Shown here: in pieces, positions 1 through 11,720 of the stretch
Numbering within the stretch: the stretch's first letter is position 1
How the letters are laid out: each line of letters starts with the position of its first letter
Program-made: the position numbers and the translations under genes
DNA from: Macrostomum hystrix
Lineage: Eukaryota > Animalia > Platyhelminthes
Direction of reading: 5' to 3'
Assembly (NCBI GenBank): GCA_950097015.1
Contig: CATNEN010000034.1
Location: 4,092,001 to 4,156,000 of the forward strand
DNA: 64,000 bases
Notes under the pieces: generated by a model
Database searches by the model: none
The model's input: the letters and a program-made list of their open reading frames with translations, nothing else
What the model was told of the DNA's origin: nothing

Positions 1-405
1 TCCCAGACTGTCAGGTTGATGAGCCAGTCCCACTCCCAGACTGTCAGGTTGATGAGCCAGTCCCACTCCCAGACTGTCAGGTTGATGAGCCAGTCGCTCT
101 CCCAGACTGTCAGGTTGTTGAGCCAGTCGCTCTCCCAGACTGTCAGGTTGATGAGCCAGTCGCTCTCCCAGACTGTCAGGTTGATAGGCCAGTCCCACTC
201 CCAGACTGTCAGGTTGATGAGCCAGTCGCTCTCCCAGACTGTCAGGTTGATAGGCCAGTCCCACTCCCAGACTGTCAGGTTGATGAGCCAGTCCCACTCC
301 CAGACTGTCAGGTTGATGAGCCAGTCCCACTCCCAGACTGTCAGGTTGATGAGCCAGTCGCTCTCCCAGACTGTCAGGTTGATGAGCCAGTCCCTCTCCC
401 AGACA
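1..405. repeat. 33-bp minisatellite (TCCCAGACTGTCAGGTTGATGAGCCAGTCCCAC)
   Basis: ~12 tandem units, truncated by the window edge. Confidence 0.97.
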
Positions 406-553
406 CTCAGAATTTATAGACCAGTGACTCTCATAGATTGTCGCGGGATCTTAAAACATTCAATGTTGAATTTTACAATATTTTTCATTATTTCAGCTCT
501 GAGACGTGTCTCAGCCCACGCTAAGTCTCAGAGTCTCGGCCACCTGTACCACA

Positions 554-962
554 ATGGCTACTTATAATTCAAAGAACAAATCCGTTGACGGCTGTGCTCA
601 GCAAGAGTACTGGATCAACATTAGACAGCTCACATTTTATCCGAACGGATATCAGGGCCAACTCACAAAGCTTGGACTGCTCTGGAGGACATGCAGTGAA
701 GATACGTTTCTTCGCCATGGTGGACGAGTTCCACCTGGACTCGAAGCATCCTGCCAGCTCTTTGTCTGCTTGGATTACTCAGCAGCAGTCGCTGCGTGCC
801 TGCCTTCTGATATGAAGCGCTTGACTACAGCTCAGAAAGATCTGCTCTGGCCCGTCGGCTATTATAGCAGGCTGGGTCTGCTGGAGAGGGTTCTTCAGTT
901 TGGAATGAATTGCAAAGTCGGCGACTGCGTGCTGGCTGTGAGCCCTTCCGGGAAGAAGCTGT
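554..962 (+). CDS. CYLD: CYLD coding exon 1
   Basis: ATG 554; donor GTAAGT at 963; phase fits the next exon. Confidence 0.7.
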
Positions 963-3900
963 GTAAGTATATTAATGTCAATTTTATTGAGAAGACTCAG
1001 TTCACGTTCTTTTATTATGATCATAATTTTTGCCAGTTTCCTTTGTTTTAACCTCCAGCTGAGCCTACAAAGTTCACAGTTCGATACAAAGGCCCTCTGC
1101 GTGAAGCAGACAGAGGCGGTGAATACACCGGCACTTTCTTCGGTCTGGTCAGTACCGAGCCCATCAAAAGTTCTGCAAACAACACGATTAGCTGCTTTGC
1201 TGATGTTTATTTCCCTGATGTAGTTCAGTATGCCAGACGGGAACGCACTGAAGCGGACCACCAGGCAGTGCTTTGCCATTTGGAGTGGATTGTCGCCCTG
1301 GTCGACAAGAAATTCGCACTGAAGGCTGGCGACAAAGTGCTCTGGTTCGTTGACGATCGGCCTGCGCCATTGCGAGGCGTTGTGGTTCGAATTTTAGATG
1401 AGAAATTTGCCATGGTGGACTTTGACATCGACGGGAAGAAGAAGCAGATGGACGTTGTGATCGAATCGCTCATGCTGGCATCGGATTTTGATATTGACAC
1501 TTCTGAAAGACCAGGTAAGGCAATTTTAGCATTGATCAGTAAGTTCAATGTATTGTTTTCTTCTAGGCACTAACTAGGGTTAGAGCGTCGGACTCACGAC
1601 TTGAAGGTCATGGGTTCGATTTCCGACTCGACTGGAACAATTCGTTTTCTACAGCTCACCCAGCTGTTAAATGCATTAGCTGGGGTAATTGAAAATTGGT
1701 GTGGGACCCTCAGTCCATGGACTGAACAGCCAAGAATTCAATGGGGAAAAAACAAGTATATTTTGCGTATTAAAGTCAAGTCGATTACAGTTGACATTTG
1801 CAGCTGAATGGATATTCCTTTTTCGATTATACAAATTCCAGCTTCTCCCAGCTTTTCCCAATTGCAATCGGATGCTTCAGCTGCCGCCGCTGCTGCCGAT
1901 CCTGACGCCGCTGCAGCTTCTGCGGCTGCCCCTGGCCAGCATCGACGACATCCGAGCGACTATGACAATGCCCCGCCTCAGCAGCAGCCGGTTGATCAGA
2001 TCGCCCTGGCCGCTGAGCACGGCCTCGAACTGAACGCGGCTGTGCTGGTGAAAGAGCCGCACAATCATCCGCCACAGCAGGGCTTCCTGCGCTGGTGTGG
2101 CTTTTATCGAAACCAGCCAATCGCTGGCGTAGACTGCGAGATGCTGCCCTTTGACGCTCACCCTGCCGCCTCTGTCCGTCGAGCCTGTCCGGATGCGCCC
2201 AGCGACACTGGCGTTGGCTTCGTCGCCATCGACCGGGTCCAGCTCGATCCGCGTTTCCGCGAGTCTCGACCAGCCGCGTTTGACCAGAGCCTCACTGCTA
2301 GCCAGCGATTCGGACACGAGTCCTGCGAGGTTGTTCAAGGCGACTGTCCGCCTGTGCGTCAGGAGGACTGGAGAAACCTGTGCGGCCAATCCAGGGGTAT
2401 TCAGGTGACAAGATGATGTTTGTTTTGTTTCTTACTCGCATTCTCAGGAGTCAGCAAAATGGGCAGAATTGCCTCCTCGCTGGCCTAGTCAGGTCTAGTG
2501 TCACCAAACGATGTGCCATTGCCCGCAGCCCTCCTGCAATTATTATTATTACTATGAATTATTATATTATTCTTGGTTTTCAGGGCCATCACAACTCCTG
2601 CTACCTGGATGCCACTCTATTCGCAATGTTTACCAGTGTGTCTGTGTTCGATAAAGTGCTGCTACGCAAGCGCACCAGCAGAGACATACCCGAGTACGAG
2701 GAGATTAAAAAGTACCTTAAGTTCAATATTGTCAACTGCTTGAGAGAGTGAGTTTTTGCACTGAGGATCCAAACTAAATGCCCAGTAAAGGCTAAGCCTT
2801 AACTGAAGGTGAATTAATTTTTTAGCACAACCTTTTGTATTTCATTGCCAGGCACCAGTTTGTCAGAGCTGATCATGTTCTTAGACTGCGTGAGCAGCTG
2901 GATAAACTAGGAAAAGTTCCCGGCATGCTTAATGAAGAGAAGGGTGAGTATAGACTTGCTTTAGTTTATTTCTAATATGTGATACCTTTATAAGAAAAAA
3001 TTTCATTAGCCCTGCTCTACATCCAGCTAGAAGTTTATCAGATCGTTTTAGAATCGTAGCTAAAGCTTCATAATCTCATGTAGTCTCATAATCAGAATTG
3101 TAGGCACGCAGCTAGAACTGTAGTCAGAATCGCAGCTAGAACTGTAGTCAGAATCGCAGCTAGAACTGTAGTCAGAATCGCAGCTAGAACTGTATTCAGA
3201 ATCGCAGCAAGAACTGAAGTCGGATTCGCAGCTAGAACTATAGTCAGAATCGCAGCTAGAACTGTAGTCAGAATCGCAGCTAGAACTGTAGTCAGAATCG
3301 CAGCTAGAACTGTAGTCAGAATCGCAGCTAGAACTGTAGTCAGAATCGCAGCTAGAACTGTAGTCAGAATCGCAGCTAGAACTGTAGTCAGAATCGCAGC
3401 TAGAACTGTAGTCAGAATCGCAGCTAGAACTGTAGTCAGAATCGCAGCTAGAACTGTAGTCAGAATCGCAGCTAGAACTGTAGTCAGAATCGCAGCTAGA
3501 ACTGTAGTCAGAATCGCAGCTAGAACTGTAGTCAGAATCGCAGCTAGAACTGTAGTCAGAATCGCAGCTAGAACTGTAGTCAGAATCGCAGCTAGAACTA
3601 GTCTGATTCTGTCAGAATCGCAGCAAGAACTTGCAGTCGTGGCCTCCATTTTCCCCTCGCAGATCCTGAAGAGTTCATCAACCTGCTGTTGGATCACGCC
3701 CTGAAGCATGAGCCCTATATTAAGCTGAGCAGCAACCTGGCCTGCCATGTGCTGCAGCTGTTTGTTGACGCCAGCCAGTACGACCTGAAGCTGCCTGACA
3801 CGGAGACTCTGCTGCACCTGACGCTGCTGCAGGCGAGCCTCAAGCTGACCCAGACGCCGCCCTGCCTGGTGCTGCAGACTCCGCGCTCAGGCAAAGATTA

Positions 3901-6351
3901 TAAATTATTCGACCGGGTGCTGCCGTCAATTGAGCTAGACATCAGCAACTTGCTGACCGAGCACCCGCGTCAGTGCGCTGTCTGTGGCAAACTAGCCGAG
4001 GTGGAGTGTCAGGACTGCTTTTTGAAATTCGACTCCGGCAGCAAGGACTATTCATTTTGCAAGTATGTTTCCACCTCACCTCAGCTTCATTTGAACTTTT
4101 TGCCTGTATTAGTCGCAATTAGCTTTGATTTAAATTATTCCTCCAGGAATTGCTTCAAAACTTCGAAGGAGCACAAGAGTAGTCCGAAAAAGCACAAATC
4201 AGTCGAGATTAAATACCCGAAACCTCTGCTGAAGAAATACGGCAAGGGTGCAATTATTAACTGCCCTGAAAAGCTGAAGCTGTTTGCTGTAGTGTGCATT
4301 CACACCAGCCACTACGTGTGCTTTCTGAGGCTCTGCCAGCCCAATGACCAGCCAGCGAAGTGGCTGTTTTTCGACAGCATGGCGGATCGGAGTGGTAAGC
4401 TAAACTGATTGGTGATAAATCAGCTATCGATTTGTTAAATATCACACCTGATGTAATAATTTTCAAACGTGATTTGTTTATTATCACACCTGATAAGACC
4501 AGTGCCACACCTAATATGATCAGTGCCACACCAGATAAGATCAGTGCCACACCTGATAAGAACAGTGCCACACCTAATATGATCAGTGCCACACCTGATA
4601 AGATCAGTGCCGCACCAGATAAGATCAGTGCCACACCTGATAAGACCAGTGCCACACCTGATAAGATCAGTGCCACACCTGATATGATCAGTGCCACACC
4701 TGATAAGATCAGTGTCACACCCGATATGATCTGTTCCACACCAGATAAGATCAGTGTCACACTAGATAAGATCAGTTCCACACCAGATAAGATCAGTGCC
4801 ACACCAGATAAGATCAGTGTCACACTAGATAAGATCAGTGTCACACCTGATAAGATCAGTGTCACACCAGATAAGATCAGTGCCACACCAGATAAGATCA
4901 GTGTCACACTAGATAAGATCAGTGTCACACCTGATAAGATCAGTGTCACACCAGATAAGATCAGTGCCACACCAGATAAGATCAGTGCCACACCAGATAA
5001 GATCAGTGCCACACCAGATAAGATCAGGGCCACACCAGATAAGATCAGTGCCACACCTGATAAGATCAGTGCCACACCTAATAAGATCAGTGTCACACCT
5101 GATATGATCAGTGCCACACTGGATAAGATCAGTGCCACACCAGATAAGATCAGTGTCACACCAGATATGATCAGTTCCACACCAGATAAGATCAGTGCCA
5201 CACCTGATATGATCAGTGCCACACCAGATAAGATCAGTGCCACACGTGATATGATCAGTGCCACACCTGATATGATCAGTGCCACACCAGATAAGATCAG
5301 TGCCACACCAGATAAGATCAGTGCCACACCTGATATGATCAGTGCCACACCAGATAAGATCAGTGCCACACGTGATATGATCAGTGCCACACCAGATAAG
5401 ATCAGTGCCACACCAGAAAAGATCAGTGCCACACCAGAAAAGATCAGTGCCACATTTGATAAGATCAGTTCCAGACCAGATAAGATCAGTGTCACACCAG
5501 ATAAGATCAGTGCCACACCTAATAAGATCAGTGCCACACCAGATAAGATCAGTGTCACACCTAATAAGATCAGTGTCACACCAGATATGATCAGTGCGAC
5601 ACCTGATATGATCAGTTCCACACCAGATAAGATCAGTGCCACACCAGATAAGATCAGTGCCACACCCGATAAAATCAGTGCCACACCTGATAAGATCAGT
5701 GCCACACCAAATAAGATCAGTGTCACACCTGATAAGATCAGTGCCACACCTAATAAGATCAGTGCCACACCTGATATGATCAGTGCCACACCTAATAAGA
5801 TCAGTGCCACACCTGATAAGATCAGTGCCACACTGGATAAGATCAGTGTCACACCTAATAAGATCAGTGCGATACCTGATAAGATCAGTGCCTCACCTGA
5901 TAAGATCAGTGCCACACCTGATAAGATCAGTGCCACACCTAATAAGATCAGTGCCACACCTGATATGATCAGTGCCACACCTAATAAGATCAGTGCCACA
6001 CCTGATAAGATCAGTGCCACACTGGATAAGATCAGTGCCACACCTGATAAGATCAGTGCCACACCTAATAAGATCAGTGCCACACCTGATAAGATCAGTG
6101 CCACACTGGATAAGATCAGTGTCACCAAGGGGTTAATTTCACTGAAATTCGTAGGGCTGGAGAGCGGTTACAACATACCTGAGGTGACGGACGCTGGCGA
6201 CATAGATGCCTGGCTGGATGCAGCCAAGCTAAAGGAACTGCCTGATAAGGCCGCACCGAATCAGCAACAACCACCACCGAATGTGAAGCGGCTACTGTCC
6301 GACTGCTACTTGTGCTTCTACAGAAGCGAAGATGCAGCAATGTACAGTTAA
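554..6351 (+). CDS. CYLD: Ubiquitin carboxyl-terminal hydrolase CYLD (degenerate CAP-Gly region + USP domain with B-box), 9 coding exons, ~815 aa
   Basis: Exons 554-962, 1059-1147, 1229-1514, 1842-2404, 2584-2747, 2852-2943, 3663-4062, 4147-4394, 6155-6351 join in frame (2448 nt) via GT-AG introns. CYLD hallmarks: [12 protein letters not shown] (catalytic Cys), [26 protein letters not shown]-box CAVCG..CQDC..FCKNC, TSHYV (His), [10 protein letters not shown] (Asp), [21 protein letters not shown] 554 in good context (ACAATGG); in-frame TGA at 500 upstream. Confidence 0.93.
1059..1147 (+). CDS. CYLD: CYLD exon 2 (CAP-Gly-like VRYKG...TFFGL)
   Basis: acceptor cctccag; donor GTCAGT at 1148; frame consistent. 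Confidence 0.6.
1229..1514 (+). CDS. CYLD: CYLD exon 3
   Basis: acceptor ttcag; donor GTAAGG at 1515; phase 1 fits exon 4. Confidence 0.7.
1574..1741 (+). mobile_element. tRNA-derived SINE, internally deleted copy (CYLD intron 3)
   Basis: A-box TAGGGTTAGAGCG, B-box GGTTCGATTTCC, body CACCCAGCTGTTAAATG...CAGTCCATGGACTGAACAGCC shared with 12655-12950. Confidence 0.8.
1842..2404 (+). CDS. CYLD: CYLD exon 4 (third CAP-Gly-like region to GQSRGIQ)
   Basis: LRWCG..IAGVDCE; ends RGIQ directly before GHHNSC. Confidence 0.85.
2584..2747 (+). CDS. CYLD: CYLD exon 5 (catalytic Cys box)
   Basis: [16 protein letters not shown]; acceptor ttttcag, donor GTGAGT. Confidence 0.95.
2852..2943 (+). CDS. CYLD: CYLD exon 6
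   Basis: [16 protein letters not shown]...NEEK; canonical splice sites. Confidence 0.9.
3092..3625. repeat. 24-bp minisatellite (CAGAATCGCAGCTAGAACTGTAGT), CYLD intron 6
   Basis: ~22 near-identical units. Confidence 0.97.
3663..4062 (+). CDS. CYLD: CYLD exon 7
   Basis: DPEEF...PRQCAVCG; donor GTATGT. Confidence 0.95.
4147..4394 (+). CDS. CYLD: CYLD exon 8 (His/Asp box)
   Basis: [23 protein letters not shown]; donor GTAAGC. Confidence 0.95.
4490..6125. repeat. 21-bp minisatellite (GATAAGATCAGTGCCACACCW), CYLD intron 8
   Basis: ~78 units; source of the TPDKISA / LILSGVA ORFs. Confidence 0.97.
6155..6351 (+). CDS. CYLD: CYLD last coding exon
   Basis: GYNIPEV...[16 protein letters not shown]. 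Confidence 0.93.
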
Positions 6352-6635
6352 TTGCTCAGTTTAAACTTGCACGTGTACTCCCATTGTTGAGATAAATAGA
6401 ATTGATGAGTTAACGCTGTGACACTGATTTACTGCTCTTAAAAGTACAACTTATCTTCTTATTGTTAGCTACTCTAGCATTGTTCTTGCTGCGCTTCTAC
6501 AAGTTCTTATAATATTTATTATTTAAATAGATAAATAATAAATAGATACATTATAGATAATAGATAGATTATCTATCTATAGATAAATTACATAGAATAA
6601 ATAGATAAATAGAGGGTAGATAAACCGTTTTGCTT

Positions 6636-7230
6636 GAATCGCAGCAGGATACTTTTGCTGGAATCGCAGCAGGATACTTTAGCTGGAATCGCAGCAGGAT
6701 ACTTTTGCTGGAATCGCAGCAGGATACTTCAGCTGGAATCGCAGCAGGATACTTTTGCTGGAATCGCAGCAGGTTACTTTAGTTAGAATCGCAGCAGGAT
6801 ACTATTGCTGGAATCGCAGCAGGTTACTTTAGCTGGAATCGCAGTAGGATACTTTTGCTGGAATCGCAGCAGGATACTGTAGTTGGAATCGCAGCAGGTT
6901 ACTTCAGTTAGAATCGCAGCAGGATACTTTAGCTGGAATCGCAGCAGGATACTTTTGCTGGAATCGCAGCAGGATACTGTAGTTGGAATCGCAGCAGGTT
7001 ACTTCAGTTAGAATCGCAGCAGGATACTTTAGCTGGAATCGCAGCAGGATACTTTTGCTGGAATCGCAGCAGGATACTTTTGCTGGAATCGCAGCAGGAT
7101 ACTTTTGCTGGAATCGCAGCAGGATACTTTTGCTGGAATCGCAGCAGGTTACTTTAGAATCGCAGCAGGATACTATTGCTGGAATCGCAGCAGGATACTG
7201 TAACTGTAGCTGGAATCGCAGCAGGATTCT
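6636..7230. repeat. 25-bp minisatellite (GAATCGCAGCAGGATACTTTTGCTG)
   Basis: ~24 units. Confidence 0.96.
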
Positions 7231-8179
7231 GTAGCTAGAATCGCAGCAGCGCCTTTGTAAAGTTGTCTTACTTATATCACGACATAGTGTGCACTCTATT
7301 CTAGATTTTTATCCGCGTAGTAAAGTGTTATGTCCTTTTATATGATATCGCATTCGTATCGGTAAGTAAAAAGTTAATATTCAAAAGTTTTATTTTTGTA
7401 AACAAAGAACGTGATACTCATACTTTGGTCTCCATTTAGCCATATTTGTATCCGCAACACTTTCAAAAGGTCATTGTATCATCGATTGTTGATCATTGTT
7501 AAAGTACATTACAGTCATTTTTTTCTATTAAAAATGTGTTCTTTCTGAAGCCTAATAAAGTACTATGCCTCGGTTCATCCAGATATTTTGAAATGAAATG
7601 TTTTGTTTTCATTTCCAGCTAACTAGTGTTGTGGACCACCCTATTTCACATGGCTCTTTGTTGGGAGGGTGAAAAAAACAAAACATTTATTTGTGTTTTT
7701 TTCTAGCACTATAATATAGTATTATTTGCACAGTTCTCTTTTCAAACTACTCAAGTAGAAAGTTTCATGTCCCTATGTTTTATTTAAATTTAAATTTCTG
7801 GTGCCATCTGGTGTCTTAAAATGGGCTTAAAATTGTGTCTGACGTAAACAGTCTGTTCCATGTCAACTTGCATTGCAGATAATTATTTTAGTATCGTATC
7901 TTATTCTGCATAGAAAATTAATGGATGAATCAATTCAGTCCGTTTCCAGCTTTGCTGTCCAGTCGGATTATTGTTAATATGATTTATATGGCCCATATTC
8001 GGCAGCTAATTTGGCTAGCTTAAACACAGTTAAGAGTTAAAAGATTAACAACTGTATTATGGGTAGGCTGCCTGGGCTTGGCTGACAGCAGTAATAAGGG
8101 AAAGAATTCAATAAATAGCGCTTGGAAACAAAATGATTTTTGGTTGGAGAATTCATCAATAGTTACCTCAAATTCTCAA

Positions 8180-8520
8180 TTGTGCAAATTCTCAAATTTG
8201 CAGTTCTCAAAAACGCTCGTCTGGTTGGCACCAATCGATTAATTCGCACGTTACTTGTCTCCAGCACGTGCCGATGAATAGACGCACAGAAGCATACCAG
8301 ACTTCTGACAGCGTATGGTACAGATAGGCACAAAGATAGCGGATCGGCATTGTTTCGATGTTGTCCGGCAGTTTCTGGTCAACCAGATATTTTTTGAAGC
8401 GCTTCACGAGGAGAGCGGTTTGATCCGTAGTCGATTTGCGTTTAGCAGCCTCTTCGACGTCTTGCACAGCAGCAGCTTCCTCTTCTTTCGTCAGTTCCCG
8501 CAGAAGCTCGGCATAATTCA
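8180..8520 (-). mobile_element. Degenerate Crypton-like (tyrosine-recombinase DNA transposon / DUF3504 family) N-terminal fragment, frameshifted
   Basis: RKSTTDQTALLVKRFKKYL..LPDNIETMP..LCAYL, then in a shifted frame YAVRSLVCFCASIHRHVLETSNVRIN; pattern recalled from Crypton/ZMYM/KCTD1 N-terminal core-binding region. No catalytic region visible. Confidence 0.45.
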
Positions 8521-11225
8521 GAATGCTTGGATTGGACAATTCTGCGTCAATCAACTCCTGCTGTCTTACGGTCAGACCGGTCCACTGACTAACTTCTTCA
8601 CCAGGATCACGGTGTCCAAGTTGCTGCAGAAACATTATCTCATTCATTTCTAAACCGCTAATATATTTCTCTAGCAGTGATTCCCAGTGAATCATAGTCA
8701 ATCCAAATTCCTAAAGCTTTTAAAACCTTCCTTTTCTCACCCACCCACCAACAGAAGGGGGCTTCAAACTCTATACAGTTTTTAACCATAGACAGTCTTT
8801 GCGGACAACGAAACCGTCACGAAGCACATATCTAAAGGCTTTTCAACCATAGACAGTTTCCACGGACGTGAAACCGCGTTGTGCGTCCGCGCTTCAGCCT
8901 ACCCATAACACTATAACGCTACGCGCCTCGTCATTTCAGTTCATTTCAGTCCTCATCAGCCAGTCTATATTAATATATAATCGTTACAATATAGGCAACA
9001 AGAATAGCTGACATGGTTGCATGATGAAAGTTTAAAGCGAAAAATTTTAGCCTGTGTTCTGGATTTTAATGACGATTGGTTAAATATTTAAGGCGATGAA
9101 AAAAATTAAAATCTCATTAAAAATGTGGGTATTTGAAATTTTATCCGTGGTCTGTCTACTGTTTAATACTACTCATGCCAGTAGCTGCCATAGAGCTTGT
9201 ATTTCAGAATGCTTGGCACCGAGAGACCATTAATCGGTCGAGCTTTCCGTGCTGTCTGTCCTACACTAGCTGTCCGTGCAGAGTCAGACAGACAGAAAGA
9301 AAGTTTTCAGGCAAACGTTCCGCTTGACAGCGGAAGACTTGCAATAATTGCATTATAGGCGCCAGATTAATGCTCAACAGAGCAGCCTGTAGGCTTGACT
9401 GTATTAGGACTGGGATCGAATTATATTAGGCTGGGACTGGCATATGTCCACGGGCAGAGTTGAGCCAGCCAGCCAGCTCGTGGGTGGATTAGGGATTTTT
9501 ATCCTCTAACACGAATACTGCTGCCACAATATCGCCCAGGTCTCTTGTCTCTTGTTACATGTACACCCGCGACAGTGGCCGTGACGGGCTGCCTGTCATT
9601 TGACACCTCGAGTACGATAACGATGTCACGCTCGTCATCGGCGGTCATTTTTCTCCGCCGCCGAAATTTGAATTTTATCATGATCGACGATTAATTACAG
9701 CACTCGCTTTTCCAAAAGTATATGAAACTAGATTTGAATTCGTTTTTGTCATTGATCCACGTAAGAACCGAGTATATAAATGCGACAGTTAATTAGAGCA
9801 GATAAAACGGCCCGTGATAGACAGCCTCCTGCACGGCCTACCTGTCCAAGATATCGCGTGTCTCGTCTCTGTGGTGCTCACTTTATTCTCAGTTGGCTTC
9901 CATCCCGCCTCTTGTCAGGGGTCCGTCTAAAGGTTTAACTCGTGTTTCTTATCCCCTTCCCAAAATCCTGATCCTCTCCTTGACTGTTGTGCTCACGTGC
10001 TCACTCTCGGAGGCCTTTCAAAGCTAGCGGCGGCATCCCCGCCCCGTCATCGCCTTCCTGTCTCCGCACTCCTCAGCCCATCCTCTTTGCCACTGTTTAA
10101 GATCACCAATTTCTGCAACATCCCCGTCTCCAATCAGCCGCAGTGTTGAACCGCGCTGTTGAGAACATTTTGAGCAATTTTCCGCGCCGTCGGCTCTGGT
10201 TATAATAGCTATGGTCTCAGTGTAGTTGTCGGCAGCTGCTATAGCCACGCGGTAGGAGGGTGTGGTCCGCGCTGCAGTGTTTAGCTTTCAAGAATAGAAT
10301 AATATGACTGGCCGACTCTGTTCTCTTTGACAGACAGCTAGCTGGCTCCCTCGATGCAGCAAATGCGCCTCCTTTTAAGCTGAAGAAAACTCACTTATTT
10401 AAATGATAGAATTTTCAGTAATCCGTTAATAATGTTATAAAGTGCTTGGTACAGAAAAATCTACAGCTTTTACAGGAATTGCACGTCAAAAAGTTCTGTA
10501 ATGCCGAGAAAAATTGCCGAGTTTTTCCTTCTTCTTTTAGAGACGATTTCAGTAGGGGAAGATCCACTAAATTTTCCCCTTGGGGAAGATTGTCGTTAGA
10601 TGCAAACCTGTATAATGGGCCACCTGTGCTCACATTTTCTGCCTGGTGTTTAGTTAGATTTGCACAGTCGCTTTCATTTAGCCCCATTCAGATCTCACAG
10701 TTTTTGAGCAGAGGAATTTGAGCAATCGAGAGAAAGTCATGCACTTAGCAGCTGCGCCTGCGGGCTTATAATTATAATTCTTATTATGAATCGCATATTA
10801 AAAAAGGGAATTCTTTTTATGGGATTTCTGCGCGCTGATGTGAGGAATATCACGCGATGCAACTTATCTTCTCCTAGCTCATCTCGTCAGTTCAGCAGCC
10901 AAGTAACATTGGTTAGGCTGTGTGTGTGTGTGTGCGCGCCAATTAGGCCCCACTAATCGAAAGTTATCATGTTTTGAAGCTCTCATTAGCCCTGAGGCAG
11001 TGGGGCCTTAATGCAGCCTTCATGCACTAGCCACGCATGGGGAACGTTTATTGCAGACAAAAAGGGAATATTGATTATGGGAACGATTGGGTCTCCGACA
11101 CGAGGGCAGAGTTCGAGCCTGCACTGCCGAAACTGTATTGACAGATTAGTGAACTGGGGAATGAATGCCATGCTTGAGTTCCTTGTACATCTGAGAGTAT
11201 GCTTTTCTATTGTGTTAACGTACGT

Positions 11226-11720
11226 GCTCAAATTGCGGTCTCACTGTGCTCATAGTGTGCTCATATTGTACTCATTAGTGTGCTCGTAATGGGTTCATTA
11301 TGCGCTCGTATTGTACTAAATTTTGTGTTTATAGTGTACTCATTGTGTGCTCATAGTGTACTCATTGTGTGCTCATAGTGTACTCATTGTGTGCTCATAG
11401 TGTACTCATTGTGTGCTCATAGTGTACTCATTGTGTGCTCATAGTGTACTCATTGTGTGCTCATATTGTACTCATTGCGAGCTCTTTTAGTGTAATAATA
11501 GTGTACTCATTGCGTGCTCAAAGTGTACTCATGTGTGCTCATAGTGTACTCATTGCGCGCTCAGTGTACTCATGTGTGCTCATAGTGTACTCATTGCGCG
11601 CTCATAGTGTACTCATTGTGTGCTCATAGTGTACTCATTGTGTGCTCATAGTGTACTCATTGTGTGCTCATAGTGTACTCATTATGTGCTCATAGTGTAC
11701 TAATTGCGCGCTCATTTAGT
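11226..11720. repeat. 22-bp minisatellite (GTGTACTCATTGTGTGCTCATA)
   Basis: tandem units, degenerate at both ends. Confidence 0.94.

Noticed and set aside
1-405. Satellite hammerhead ribozyme (TTGATGAG plus CAGTC/GACTG stem)
   Set aside because: Core is not CTGANGA and no GAAA follows the stem.
4257-6351. 623/639-aa repetitive ORFs, one in frame with the last CYLD exon
   Set aside because: Translation of the 21-bp array; intron retention stops at 4406-4408, and the true junction 4394-6155 gives canonical CYLD.
10986-11289. Additional protocadherin exon or small gene (81/92-aa ORFs)
   Set aside because: No recognisable motif, no convincing splice sites in the right phase.
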